The position numbers and the translations under genes are program-made. Of a stretch of DNA of 64,000 nt, positions 35,801 through 44,500 are shown piece by piece (within the stretch, counting starts at the first letter, position 1; each line of letters starts with the position of its first letter). The stretch comes from a virus, in the IMG/VR virus record IMGVR_UViG_3300049734_000491, positions 1-64,000 of that record. One strand, given 5' to 3'. The notes beneath the pieces were generated by a model. That model made no database searches and was not told the origin of the DNA. It worked only from the letters and a program-made list of their open reading frames with translations.

Positions 35801-37497
35801 ACGGGGAGGGCAACTACACGTTCACGCCCCAGGGCCAGCCCGATGAGTTCACCAACGAGCCGGCTTTTGTCACCCAGTTCGTGGATCGAGACGGCACCAC
35901 CAAGTACCGGGTCACCGGCCGAGGCGGGAAGCCGGCTCTCGGAACCCAGACGATCTACGACAACTACGACGAGGCGATGCTGATCGCCCAGAACATCGGG
36001 CATGGCGGCCTAGGGGATCGAGATCCCCGGACTCCTGAAGAGTTGGCTGAGACACGTCGGGCTCGAGATCTGATCCGCCAGCTGTTCGATGCACATGAAG
36101 CCGATCCGACCAAGGACGGCCAGTGGCACTCGTACTGGGGTGGTGGGGATCGAGTGATGGCCCACGACTACGCAACCCGTGGTTCGTACTACCCGAAGCT
36201 CGGTGGGGGGCGACACACCGGCACCGTCTACCAGGATCCTGAGACCGGCAAGTGGGTCGGCTCCTGGTCCAACAAGGGTGGCCGGACCCAGTCCAAGCGG
36301 TCGGTCAAGGAGTTCGACAGCCCTGAAGAGGCGATGGACTACGTCAAGAAGGGCGTTGATGCCAAGATCGCCGAGTACCGGGCGAAGCAGCCGACGAAAC
36401 CGACTCCTCGAGTCCCGGGAGGTGGCTACAACCCCAACGCCACTCCCATCGAGTTGAACGAAGGCGAGGTCGGAGTTCGGACAGCTCCGACACCGGAGCA
36501 CTTCCCGAGCGAGGTCATCGTCGACGGGGTGCCCTGGGACACCGGCGGCGTCGACACGGTGAAGTCGCCGAGGCACATCTTCGCATTCCTGAAGCGGGGC
36601 GACCTCGATGACCGTGCCAAGTCGAGGCTGAAGTCGTCCCGGGCCAAGACCCCAACTCAGCAGTGGTACGACTCCGTGGTCGGGGACACATCAGATCGGT
36701 GGGACGCAGCCGGCATCCTGATGCCCGGCATCCTCTCGAACCTGCCGCTGCTCGACTCGACCGGGGCTGGGGCGAACCACGTCCAGTACACCACTGGTTG
36801 GCTGATGTCCGAGCCGATGGCGCTTCGGCACATGCAGGTCACCAGCAAGGAGAACCCGTCTGGGACGTTCTCGAACGTGGAGGTCGGCGAGCGGGTCATC
36901 ACCGCAACCCACGAGTTCGCCCACGCACTCGATCTCGCCATTGCCTTCGCCAACCGCTACCGGCAGGGCGGGGATGTCAACGGGATCCCGGGGTTGGCCG
37001 GCGTGCTGGGAGGGGGCAAGGACTTCAAGGAGGCATGGACGGTCGCCGTCTCGAGGACCACTCGAACGCCGGAGAACTACGCCCTGGGACTGAAGCAAGC
37101 GGTGGAGGACCACATCGACGATCCACTGGTCAAGGAGATGCTGCTGGCCTGGCTGGACACACCGTCGTCGGAGAAGATCAAGGCGGCGTACAGCCGGAAG
37201 TCGATCCAGTACTTCCACGATCCGACCGAGATCTTGGCTCGTACGATGCCGTACCTGCTCGAGCGCCGGCTCCGCAGGCGAGGCCATCACCTCGAAGCTC
37301 GAGAGGTCCAACAGGCCATCACCGGGTCACGTGTCCCGGGGGTGAGCTCTGGTCAGTATAGCGGATGGTTCAAGAATGGTCCACACATGGAGTGGGGAAC
37401 CGCGGAGACCGAGAGGGTGATCGACGCTCTCGAGGCCATCCTCGAGGCCAACGGGCTGTTGGACAACACGACAGGAGTTGCCCCGGCCGTGGTGTAG
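29875..37497 (+). CDS. Giant (2540 aa) acidic polyvalent-type virion protein with a C-terminal HExxH zincin-like domain
   Basis: WDPDLHPRDSKGRF motif, internal duplications, THEFAHALD and YFHDPTEILAR near the C-terminus. Confidence 0.7.
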   Translation: MFTTDDLYQRWLDELTRLDRAPDPVILAGLEMVGRHQGMDMCDELETQQLLADDPEIKVLEASRIKDGSRVEFELCGQEFKGIARDWMRNPLDRNDPLIQLDVHGTTMLLPQSDLELSYTGQELGGEHGQTRELDPRRGDMTTDVWIVAEKSGVLSSANYGYQKALLEQWISSLERRLHRLEEFEFQDAQPTLVADALGTRPLERATRARDVKLLETARDLLASQVLKRFLEDGLLSAGGLQSLVAARRPRLNMPDVPGGGEFWDPDLHPRDSKGRFIETNGIVEWLDRLGNRRRGRVLDIEKNRGASRNRGLKSKVHIQPLDQRGNAMGRPEVHWPAELTASKPVKADLEDLLPGRRERIGMLPEDARVRLTPEGRGRLPQDFIDEELSSSPFDQDQDIWGDEAPQPGMDLTPEQLNDLERIFDDANGDVVTQAAQDLEEPRSRRLTSDFDERPPMTPENFEEWNRYLEERQAELRAQSEDVEGPKMTLPPEMKPQVDEFMKDAGIVQQMAMDDFDLPEDYFDDWKKPDPDFEFDPQFDVPYPGILPIPGDLNPDLTPPGRIPGRPYFPDENIIPGPSDELPEFEEPVYSMTMKQMQKALRRRQVTREQFIAWNDARKASKRNKKGKPIQGWSRNPDGTEASWEVPGFMPGRTYQDKPGALRSWLDKRRGRDQEGDLEPLQLIVNDDGSLSLNRPLTPEERADMEAAFEEQNIPAPDIDPDGRLVPVPAEPTPEAEPESAAPPPAQPELRAPEALSPEAQDRVENELDAWEERMNNAGMEVSNADLDRHRRRLEDRERRRAVGQGEQIVEQGSREGDWGRPAPGGEPLWVPPQEWVEAEQERRGLRETILFDPDQAKKSQAFWRSYNHPAGSIKFTPPADLDEMDLDRLEGEIEDLQEGLDDFVEARDRGDVENALAALNNAIESRDNIRALRDETENMLEDTWDDGALDADLAWMDDERSQLEAEVEKIPDIRPYVDDWSDPDALDKARNKRAQETLDTWSREGVFEIPPEIDDRSGKLKYEYPSDDANRAVQTIQEFLPTYMESLQDDPDQARGALQEIQMARDDLRRLSQEWAGGADWPEGNSDLADLDWVDDELARLDQLVGGPGESDVINQGALEPGEPGRPYTPAEWPSARLDPEADPQAAVAQLEQQIESVRGLRDNMQSYYDKMAERGWGGDTRRPGRWNRQDAQGKLDMYNRELAGYEAELADLQGRYPEEGAPTAGVRGLTPSGKTKPKDGRFSPEEWEQAKIDPETDPQGALDQAQWQLEKLNQSLQFIRKRRSQLRRDRESPQWPKAERERLAEMQQVREYMAELKARYPDLEPDAAGFTPPELEVPDFQAQQRILREWRDDIERVGGFAGGNWHASEFGGRDTVRYDGPDGRTFEFSQPDGANWEIAEFDRDGNHIATFDVGDRNPIEALAEVRRGELEPNVPGEPPRGAEPRSVDERIDDVEDRIGRVMDDMKVAQERYNADKSDENNTAYQDLIDEYYRLGDELRGLQNERAAQGPPQPPEPFTPTPAGEQFNTGMPLLDRNANLIHREDWPGKFRGTEVDGVPTIEYTDPDGTIYELHEPSPGEWRVRSYSPDRQELLDTWDIDRDVAEPWQYFKYDILGEPGRPAPVARDREMGDVLELPEPASYEEMVQGFIDRAKGGDTGAMNELRDRLVGSRWSQLDEIRDQNLDLNEGPGAWDGELVRGRNGKFLAYAVPREGGLADGELETFDDETKAREWLEGRLADRRIPFLSGLEHNPDMFDDVPEPAEPEGDQGWSGPDNPFGMALDFWDNVGSQIGQWDDWPDFQVVLDDEEGATPYLKIPHDPGGGWIPSFLDRQVDPETGEIQYRVTYGQTPDGKPYWPSASTRSHSDPLDAIRDLRVRSGKSTVTPDEAPEVPEPRAPRPRAPEPAEAPEPAEVPEAPTPEVPEPEPEVLEPGPEAPGPAAPEEAEGPQLPSPILAELGIDPGRAGHIPVIAQQDGEGNYTFTPQGQPDEFTNEPAFVTQFVDRDGTTKYRVTGRGGKPALGTQTIYDNYDEAMLIAQNIGHGGLGDRDPRTPEELAETRRARDLIRQLFDAHEADPTKDGQWHSYWGGGDRVMAHDYATRGSYYPKLGGGRHTGTVYQDPETGKWVGSWSNKGGRTQSKRSVKEFDSPEEAMDYVKKGVDAKIAEYRAKQPTKPTPRVPGGGYNPNATPIELNEGEVGVRTAPTPEHFPSEVIVDGVPWDTGGVDTVKSPRHIFAFLKRGDLDDRAKSRLKSSRAKTPTQQWYDSVVGDTSDRWDAAGILMPGILSNLPLLDSTGAGANHVQYTTGWLMSEPMALRHMQVTSKENPSGTFSNVEVGERVITATHEFAHALDLAIAFANRYRQGGDVNGIPGLAGVLGGGKDFKEAWTVAVSRTTRTPENYALGLKQAVEDHIDDPLVKEMLLAWLDTPSSEKIKAAYSRKSIQYFHDPTEILARTMPYLLERRLRRRGHHLEAREVQQAITGSRVPGVSSGQYSGWFKNGPHMEWGTAETERVIDALEAILEANGLLDNTTGVAPAVV

Positions 37498-37537
37498 TCA
37501 CTATACTACATCGTAATGACACTGACAAGGAAACCAC

Positions 37538-37765
37538 ATGCAGACCAATCCACTCATCTACGAGTACATCGAAGAGAACGGTGGGCCTGAGGCCTTCGAT
37601 CCGGCCACCGAGCCGGACAGCTTCCTCGAGCTCTGCCAGATCATCCTCGAGCAGATCGCTCAGGGCAGCGAGGCGGTGAGGTCCGCCTACACGCAGGAGG
37701 AGCTCAACATGCTCGCTCGGTACTACCTCAATCTCCCCCAACCGGACGACGAGAAGTTGGCGTAG
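37538..37765 (+). CDS. Small acidic protein with its own promoter
   Basis: TTGCCC-18-TATACT (37478-37507) and AAGGA RBS. Confidence 0.65.
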   Translation: MQTNPLIYEYIEENGGPEAFDPATEPDSFLELCQIILEQIAQGSEAVRSAYTQEELNMLARYYLNLPQPDDEKLA

Positions 37766-37767
37766 CG

Positions 37768-38163
37768 ATGGATGCCGGCGCCTGGAATCTCGTCCTACCA
37801 GCGCAGCTGAACCAGTCGGCTGCTGTTGAAGCTCTGGCGATCTCGCTGTCGAGCTCATTCGAGGTGGTCCAAGTCAGCGAAGATGGCCGGCCAACTCACG
37901 TTCGTACCCGGGGTTCCGGGCCCGAAGCACGTCCGATCTCGGTTCGAGCTGCCGAGCGGGAGTTCACTCGCTGCTGGGTCCAGGCTGCCGTGGCGGACGA
38001 GTCCGACCCGTACTTCCTCCTCGACCTACGGGTGCAGAACTCCCTGCTCTCCTCGGTGGAGGCGTACATGGAGGTGCATGATCTCGGCTACATGGCTCCG
38101 ATCTCAGAGGAGGCCGGGGCCGAGCAGATCGAGCAGATCCAGTTGAAGCTCGACATCCAGTAG
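37768..38163 (+). CDS. Hypothetical protein
   Basis: Operonic position and codon bias. Confidence 0.55.
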   Translation: MDAGAWNLVLPAQLNQSAAVEALAISLSSSFEVVQVSEDGRPTHVRTRGSGPEARPISVRAAEREFTRCWVQAAVADESDPYFLLDLRVQNSLLSSVEAYMEVHDLGYMAPISEEAGAEQIEQIQLKLDIQ

Positions 38164-38199
38164 TCCACCGTTGTTGACCGAGAAACTTAGGATGTACGC

Positions 38200-38559
38200 A
38201 TGGGTTTCCTGACTGCTCCGCCCAGGACCGAGTTCAACATCGTGGCTCAGGGCGTCGGCCGGATCATGGGGCCGAGTGGGGCCTACGACAAATCGAAGTT
38301 CTGGCTGAAGGAAGACGGCACCCTCGTGCTGGCGGTGATGGACAGAGATACCCGCCAGGTCGAGAGACAGCACCACCAGGTCACCGCAGCCAACTTCGAT
38401 GCCGGAGGCCGGGCTTCTTTCGACACCCCCCAAGGGCGCTGGAACTTTGCCAAGGCGCCCTGTTCCTGTGGCTACGGCGCTCTCGGCTACGCCGCCATCG
38501 CTGATGGACGCATCTCGTTGAACCGGGTCCGCCCGCCGGAGTGGGTGACCGGACTCTGA
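38200..38559 (+). CDS. Hypothetical protein
   Basis: Operonic position; CSCG motif; coupled to the next gene. Confidence 0.6.
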   Translation: MGFLTAPPRTEFNIVAQGVGRIMGPSGAYDKSKFWLKEDGTLVLAVMDRDTRQVERQHHQVTAANFDAGGRASFDTPQGRWNFAKAPCSCGYGALGYAAIADGRISLNRVRPPEWVTGL

Positions 38560-41500
38560 TGAGTACCGACGCCGAGCTGGTCAGCTACGACCTCGAGACG
38601 CCCGAGGGCGCCGAGGCGATCCTGGCTGCGATCTCCGAGATCGGCCGGCAACTCGAGCGAAAGGAGTCCCGGGACCTGGCGACCCGCCGGCTCGAGAACC
38701 TGGCTGCGGCCATCGGAGCTCCCGGGGCTGTGGTTGCCGGCGCCCGGGCCTTCGTCGAGTGGGAACATCCCCGGGGCCCGGACGGGCGCTTCATCGAGAA
38801 GTTCGGCTGGGTGCGCTGGTTCGACTTCAGGACCCAGAGATGGCTGCGGGGCCGGGTCATGGATGTGGGTGACGACGGCCAGGTCACCGTCCACCGCCGG
38901 CTCAACGATGACGAGGTGGGGGTCTACCGCTTCAACTACGACCAGGCGTCCAAGCAGCTCTACTCGTCGCCGAAGCCGAAGGCCACCCTGGACTTCCCAG
39001 ATGTGATGGGTGAGGACAATGCCGGCTGGAAGCAGGTCGGCGGCCAGGGCGGCTCGAACCCGGGCGGCCGCTTCGTGCTGGACGTCAACGATGGTGTGCA
39101 GAATCATCGCTGGACCGAGGAGGAGTTCGACTTCCTGTTCGGAGGGCGGCCGTCGGTCGAGATCATCGGGCTGGTCGCCGACCAGAAGCAGTTCGATGAC
39201 GACGACTTCAGCGACCGACTCAAGGCCAAGATCGAGGAGACCTACCCCGAGGCCAAGGACGAGGGCGGGGCTGGTGTCTGGGAGGCGATCCCCGGGGGAC
39301 GGAGATCAGCCGGCGGCGTCATCATCTGGGATGACCCAGAGGATGGACTCCAGGTCGCCGTGGTCAACCGCGACCACGAGCACCACCAGGAGCCGACACC
39401 GGAACGGAAGCGGGCCGACTTCGCCTTGCAGAACTGGGTGTTGCGCCGGGTCAAGGCGAAGCTCCTCCCGCAGAACCCAGAGCGCAAGCTCCATCCGACC
39501 TGGCGTCGTGTGCTGTACGGGCTCGGACCCGACTCCGGCATGGGGATGGGCGTGGGAGGCCCGAGCGGCCTTCCGAGCGTGCCCGACCTCAGCCTGGGCA
39601 AGGAGACAGCCGAGGGCATCGCCCAGTCGGCCAGCCAGGGTCTCGAGACGGCTTCGGAGATCCGCAACGCCGCCACCGGGGCCCTGGTCCGGCTCGAGGA
39701 GATCGTCACCACCGATCCCAAGGCCAGGTTCTTCCCCTTCGAGATCGACGCTGACGTGCTGGGCACCAAGGACCGGCTCCGGGCGCTCATCAACCACTTC
39801 GTGCAGCCCCAGGTCCGCCCCGGGGACACCTTCTACGTCAAGGACATGTCGGGGGACTACACCGGGCCCGACCGGGTCGCCAACGAGGTGATGGCGAGCC
39901 GGCTGTACGAGTTGGCTGGTGTGGCGGTGCCCGACGTGTACCAGGGCAACGACCCCTCGAAGGTGGGCTCCCGGATCATCGGCGGCGAGCTCACCGACAT
40001 CGGCGAGCACCTGGACAACCCCGAGGTGATGGCCAAGGTCCGCATGGGCTTCGTGGTCGATGCCTGGCTGGCCAACTGGGATGTGGCCGGCCTCGAGTTC
40101 GACAACATCGTCGTGGACGAGGACGGAATCCCGTACCGCATCGACTCCGGCGGTGCGCTGGCCTACCGGGCGATGGGCAGCCCGAAGGGCGACATGTTCG
40201 GGCCTGAGGTCGGCGAGCTGGTCACCCTCGGCCCCGACTCACCGCTTCGAGGCCAGGCCACCGCCCCGGAGATGTTCGACGGGCTCACTCATGAGGAGAA
40301 GCTCGAGGGAGCTCGCCGGGTCGCAGCCATTTCTCCCCAGCAGATCCGGGACCTGGCGCTCGAGACCGGGATCGATCAGCACGTCACCGAGACGCTGATC
40401 GCCAGGCGGGCGTTCATCATCGACGAGTTCCTCGAGGGGGTTGATCCCTTCGCCGGCCAGCCTGAAGAAGTTGTCCCGGAGATCGTCGAGGAGCCAGCTG
40501 AGCTCCCCGAGACCCAGGTCAAGAGCGACCTGGACCTGCTCCGTGAACAGGTGGGTGATGTCGAGACCTTCGACAACCCGGCTGTGGAACCCCAGCCGGC
40601 ACCGGAGGCCCTTCAGCCAGACGAGTTCCCGGCGGCGCTCACCAAGGAGGAGGCCTGGTCCTGGTCGGGGGCGTCGCAGCAGTGGATCTCGAATCCCAAC
40701 GAGGAGGGCGGCGTCACCGAGGCCGAGCTCGAGGACCGCTGGTTGAACCAGGTCGAGGAGCTTGGCCGTTACATCGACGGCCTGGTCGCCAGCGACGGAG
40801 TTGTCTCGGTCAACATGCCGGCTTCGGATCTGGTTGGCTCAGGCGTCCTCGAGAACCCCAAGGGCATCGTCTTGATGACCGACTCGCTGGCAGTGCCAGG
40901 TGGGCGCACGGACATGTTCGTGCCCTGGGGAACTGATGCCGATGGCAACGCCGTGCTGGTGTCCCGGATCTCCGGTCAGCAGGTGACGCCAGCGCTGGAC
41001 TGGGTGGACAGCCGGGCCCGGGCCAGGACCGTGGACCTGACCGTCATCGAGGAAGGCGAGTTCGAGGATGAGCTCGACTGGATCGACGACCTGGCGACGA
41101 AGGCGGCTGACTCCCAGGTGGCGCTCGAGGCAGTGCGAACTGGGTACGACAAGCTGGCTGAGGCAGAGCACCTCGGCTGGAAGCCCAGCGACGACCTGGG
41201 TGATGACCCAGTCGACCTGCTGATCCTGGATGGCAGGACCCCGGTCACCTCGACCCGGGGACCGAACGGGGGGATCCAACTCCACGACGCTGCCACTGGG
41301 GACTCGATGTTCGTGATCGGCTTCGGCGACCTGGCACTGGGTGGTGACTTCACCAGGGCCACTGTCACCGACCCGGACGGACTCGAGCACGACCTGGTCC
41401 TCCCGGACATGACTGGGCAGCAGATCGTGCGGGCCAAGCTCGGGATGGCCGAGCTCGAGCAGAAGTCCGGCCTGGTCCAGGCCGCCCAGGTCACAGCCGG

Positions 41501-44500
41501 CTTTCCCCAGGAGACCTGGGTCAAGCCCGATCCCGAGCTCAACCAGCCCGATGTCTCGACCGACATCCGGGGCTCGAAGCCGGTGCCGACGGGCAACCTG
41601 GCTGGGCCAGCCCTGCCGGACGACTGGGACTACCTGGCCGAGCTCGAGGCCGGCACCTACGTCGACACCTCGATGCCGACCGTGCTCGATCCCACCGACC
41701 TGGGTGAGACACATCCGCTGCTGCCGGCTTCGGTCCCGATCATCACCTCGATCGACCTCCGCTCTGCCACAGATGATTTGGTGGGCCAGTGGGTCATGCA
41801 CGACGTGCAGGACTACCGCTTCACCCGCCAGCCGGCACTGGTGGACGAGATCCTGCGGAACGACGACGGCATCGTGGGCATCGCCGTCACACATCCGAAC
41901 GGGGCCAAGGGCGTGCTCGAGGGCCCGGGACTCAGCCGGCTCCACATCGTCGAGCCACCCAAGGAGGGTCGCAACATCCCAGCTCTCGATGCCGAGATCG
42001 TGCTCGGGCACAACGGGGACATCCGACTCGGCATGGAGGTGCTGGGCTCGTGGTGGCACGCTGACCGCAACATCAGCCACCGCCACACGTACGGCTACAT
42101 GGTCACTGCCCCGTACACAGCTCACGGGAAGGCCACCATCGGCTTCCGGTCCAAGGCCCGGGACGTCCGCAAGCAGGTGCGGTCCGAGGTGTGGTTCGCC
42201 GACAACTACCAGGACATCCGCTCGGTCGAGCAGCCCAAGACCCCCGGGGCCAAGACGCTCGAGAGCCAGGTGAAGTCGGCTGTGCCATCAGCCAACCTGG
42301 GGAGCGGCCAGCCCTGGACCACAGGCCAGGCCGTCAACAAGTCCAAGTCCTGGGGGATGAGGGAGGACGACAGCCAGGGGATCATCGTGGCCGGGGTGCA
42401 CCCAGACCGTCCCGACCTCGTGTACTACCGGGACCACTTGACTGGCCAGGTCACGCTCGAGAACGCCAGCGACCTGGTGGCACATGGCGAGCCGGCTTCG
42501 GAGTTCACCGGCCAGATGTTCCGGGCCGACGGCGAGCTCTGGGTCGTGAGCTCGGTCGAGGGCAACGAGGTCACCGCCTACTCGGTGGCCGACGGGCTTC
42601 TCCAGGTGTACGGCATCGACGAGATCAGCGATGTGGTCGAGACAAGTCCGTGGGTGCCGATCTCACAGTTCGAGGGCCAGTTCCTCGAGGGTTCGCTGTC
42701 CAGCCAGGAGTCGAAGGACGAGTGGCAGGCCGTCGGAGGGATGCTCCTGGCGGACGGCGAGATTCCTCTCCCGGGATCCCAGGTCATCGACGGCAACTCG
42801 AGGCCGTGGCGGGTGCTCGAGGTGCGGGTCGACAGCCTGGTCCTGGCTGACGGGGGCGAGCTGATCGAGAGGCCGGCCAACGAGTACCGGGTCGATCGAG
42901 CTCACTACGGCGGAGCTGTCGGCACCATCGGCCACATCGAGTTGATGACCGACGACGGCGTACCCATCGAGTACGAGCCGATGAAGGGCGACGTCGTCTA
43001 CGTCACGCCGGACCAGTACCACGTGCTCACCGCCACTGGGGAGCTCAGGACCTTCGACATGGAGGATGGCTGGGAGCACCCGACGACCAACACCACCGAG
43101 CACGGTGCGGTCATCCAGGATCGGCTGACCTATCCCGGGGTTCACCGGGTCGGGGTGATCCTGGGTGGGGACACGTCGGTGGCGCTGTTCAAGGACCCAG
43201 ATGGTTGGCCGGTTTCCAGCCACCTCGTGGGCTCGATCGCCGACGCCAAGGCCGGCTACCTGACCAGGGACGGGTCCTCGAAGGTGCAGTCCTACCGAGA
43301 GTCCGGGCTCGAGACCGTGGTCGAGCCGAGCACCGGGACCGGCGACACCGGGGTGGACATCGAGCTACCCGAGGGCGCAACCCCGACCCCGGACTACCAG
43401 CCGGCTCTCGTGGTGACCGAGGAGGACATCGACTGGTTCCCACCGCCGGGCGGTGAGCGCACCGGGCCCGGGGAAGCTCGAGCGCCGGTGCCGGGCATCA
43501 CGGGCAACGGATTGCCGGCTGGGGTTCTCGAGGACACGACCTTCCCCCAGGCCGACAACTCGATGAGCCTGGCCGAGGCGATCCAGATGGTCTGGGCCAA
43601 TGCCGGCTACTCGAAGGAGGGCAAGACCGTCCGCTTCGTGCAGTTCGACCAGGGCGCGATCGAGGACTTCTTCGTCCAGGTCATGCCGGTGCGGGACCAG
43701 AAGACCGGCGAGGAGTACGTCGAGTTGTTCTTCCGTCCGCTCGAGCCGCACGCCGACAAGCTCTTCGAGTCGCTCATCGCTGCTCCTCCCGACGAGTCGG
43801 TGGGCCAGTGGGTCGTCCCGGGATGGCCGAGGGACACCGAGGACGTGCACCCGAGTGACCTGGCCATCGGCGACGTGATCGCTGTGCGTCGAGGCCCGAA
43901 CGGCCAACTCAGTTCGTGGGGTGGGAACGGCACCTTCGGTACGGCCCGGGTCATCTCCGGCACAAGGGTGGTCGGCCAGGACAGCGAGGGCTACGACATC
44001 GTCGAGTTCGATGTGATGCTGCCGAACGGCAAGCCGGCCACGATCATCCAGCAGAGCAACTGGGACTACGTCCAGCGAGCGGAATGGATGGTCACCGACG
44101 AGGCGGGTGAACAACGCCGGCTGGGGGAGCGGCGACCGCACCAGCTGTCCGAGGAGGCGTTCGCAGCTGACTGGCGCCTGGTCGCCCAGCATGTGTCCAG
44201 CCAGGTCCGCCACCAGAGCCAGGCCTTCGAGGGCGACGGCGTGAAGGTGATCGACACCGACGCCGCCTTCAACGGAGCCCAGTTGGGGACACCACCCAAC
44301 TCCGGTGTCACGCTCGCCCGCAAGCTCGGGGACAACACCAAGCTCTGGCTCTCGCTGCACACACCCAAGTCGAAGCGTCGTGAGGAGGAGAACAACTTCG
44401 GGCGTTCGATCTACATCCAGGTTCCACGCCGTGAGTTCGAGGGCGGGACCACCGAGGACATCGCCCGCTCGGTCTCGGCTGCGATGGAGGCCGTGGGCAT

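Noticed and set aside
39070-39830. Intein in the kinase-like domain
   Set aside because: No C/S start block, HN-C/S/T end or LAGLIDADG motifs
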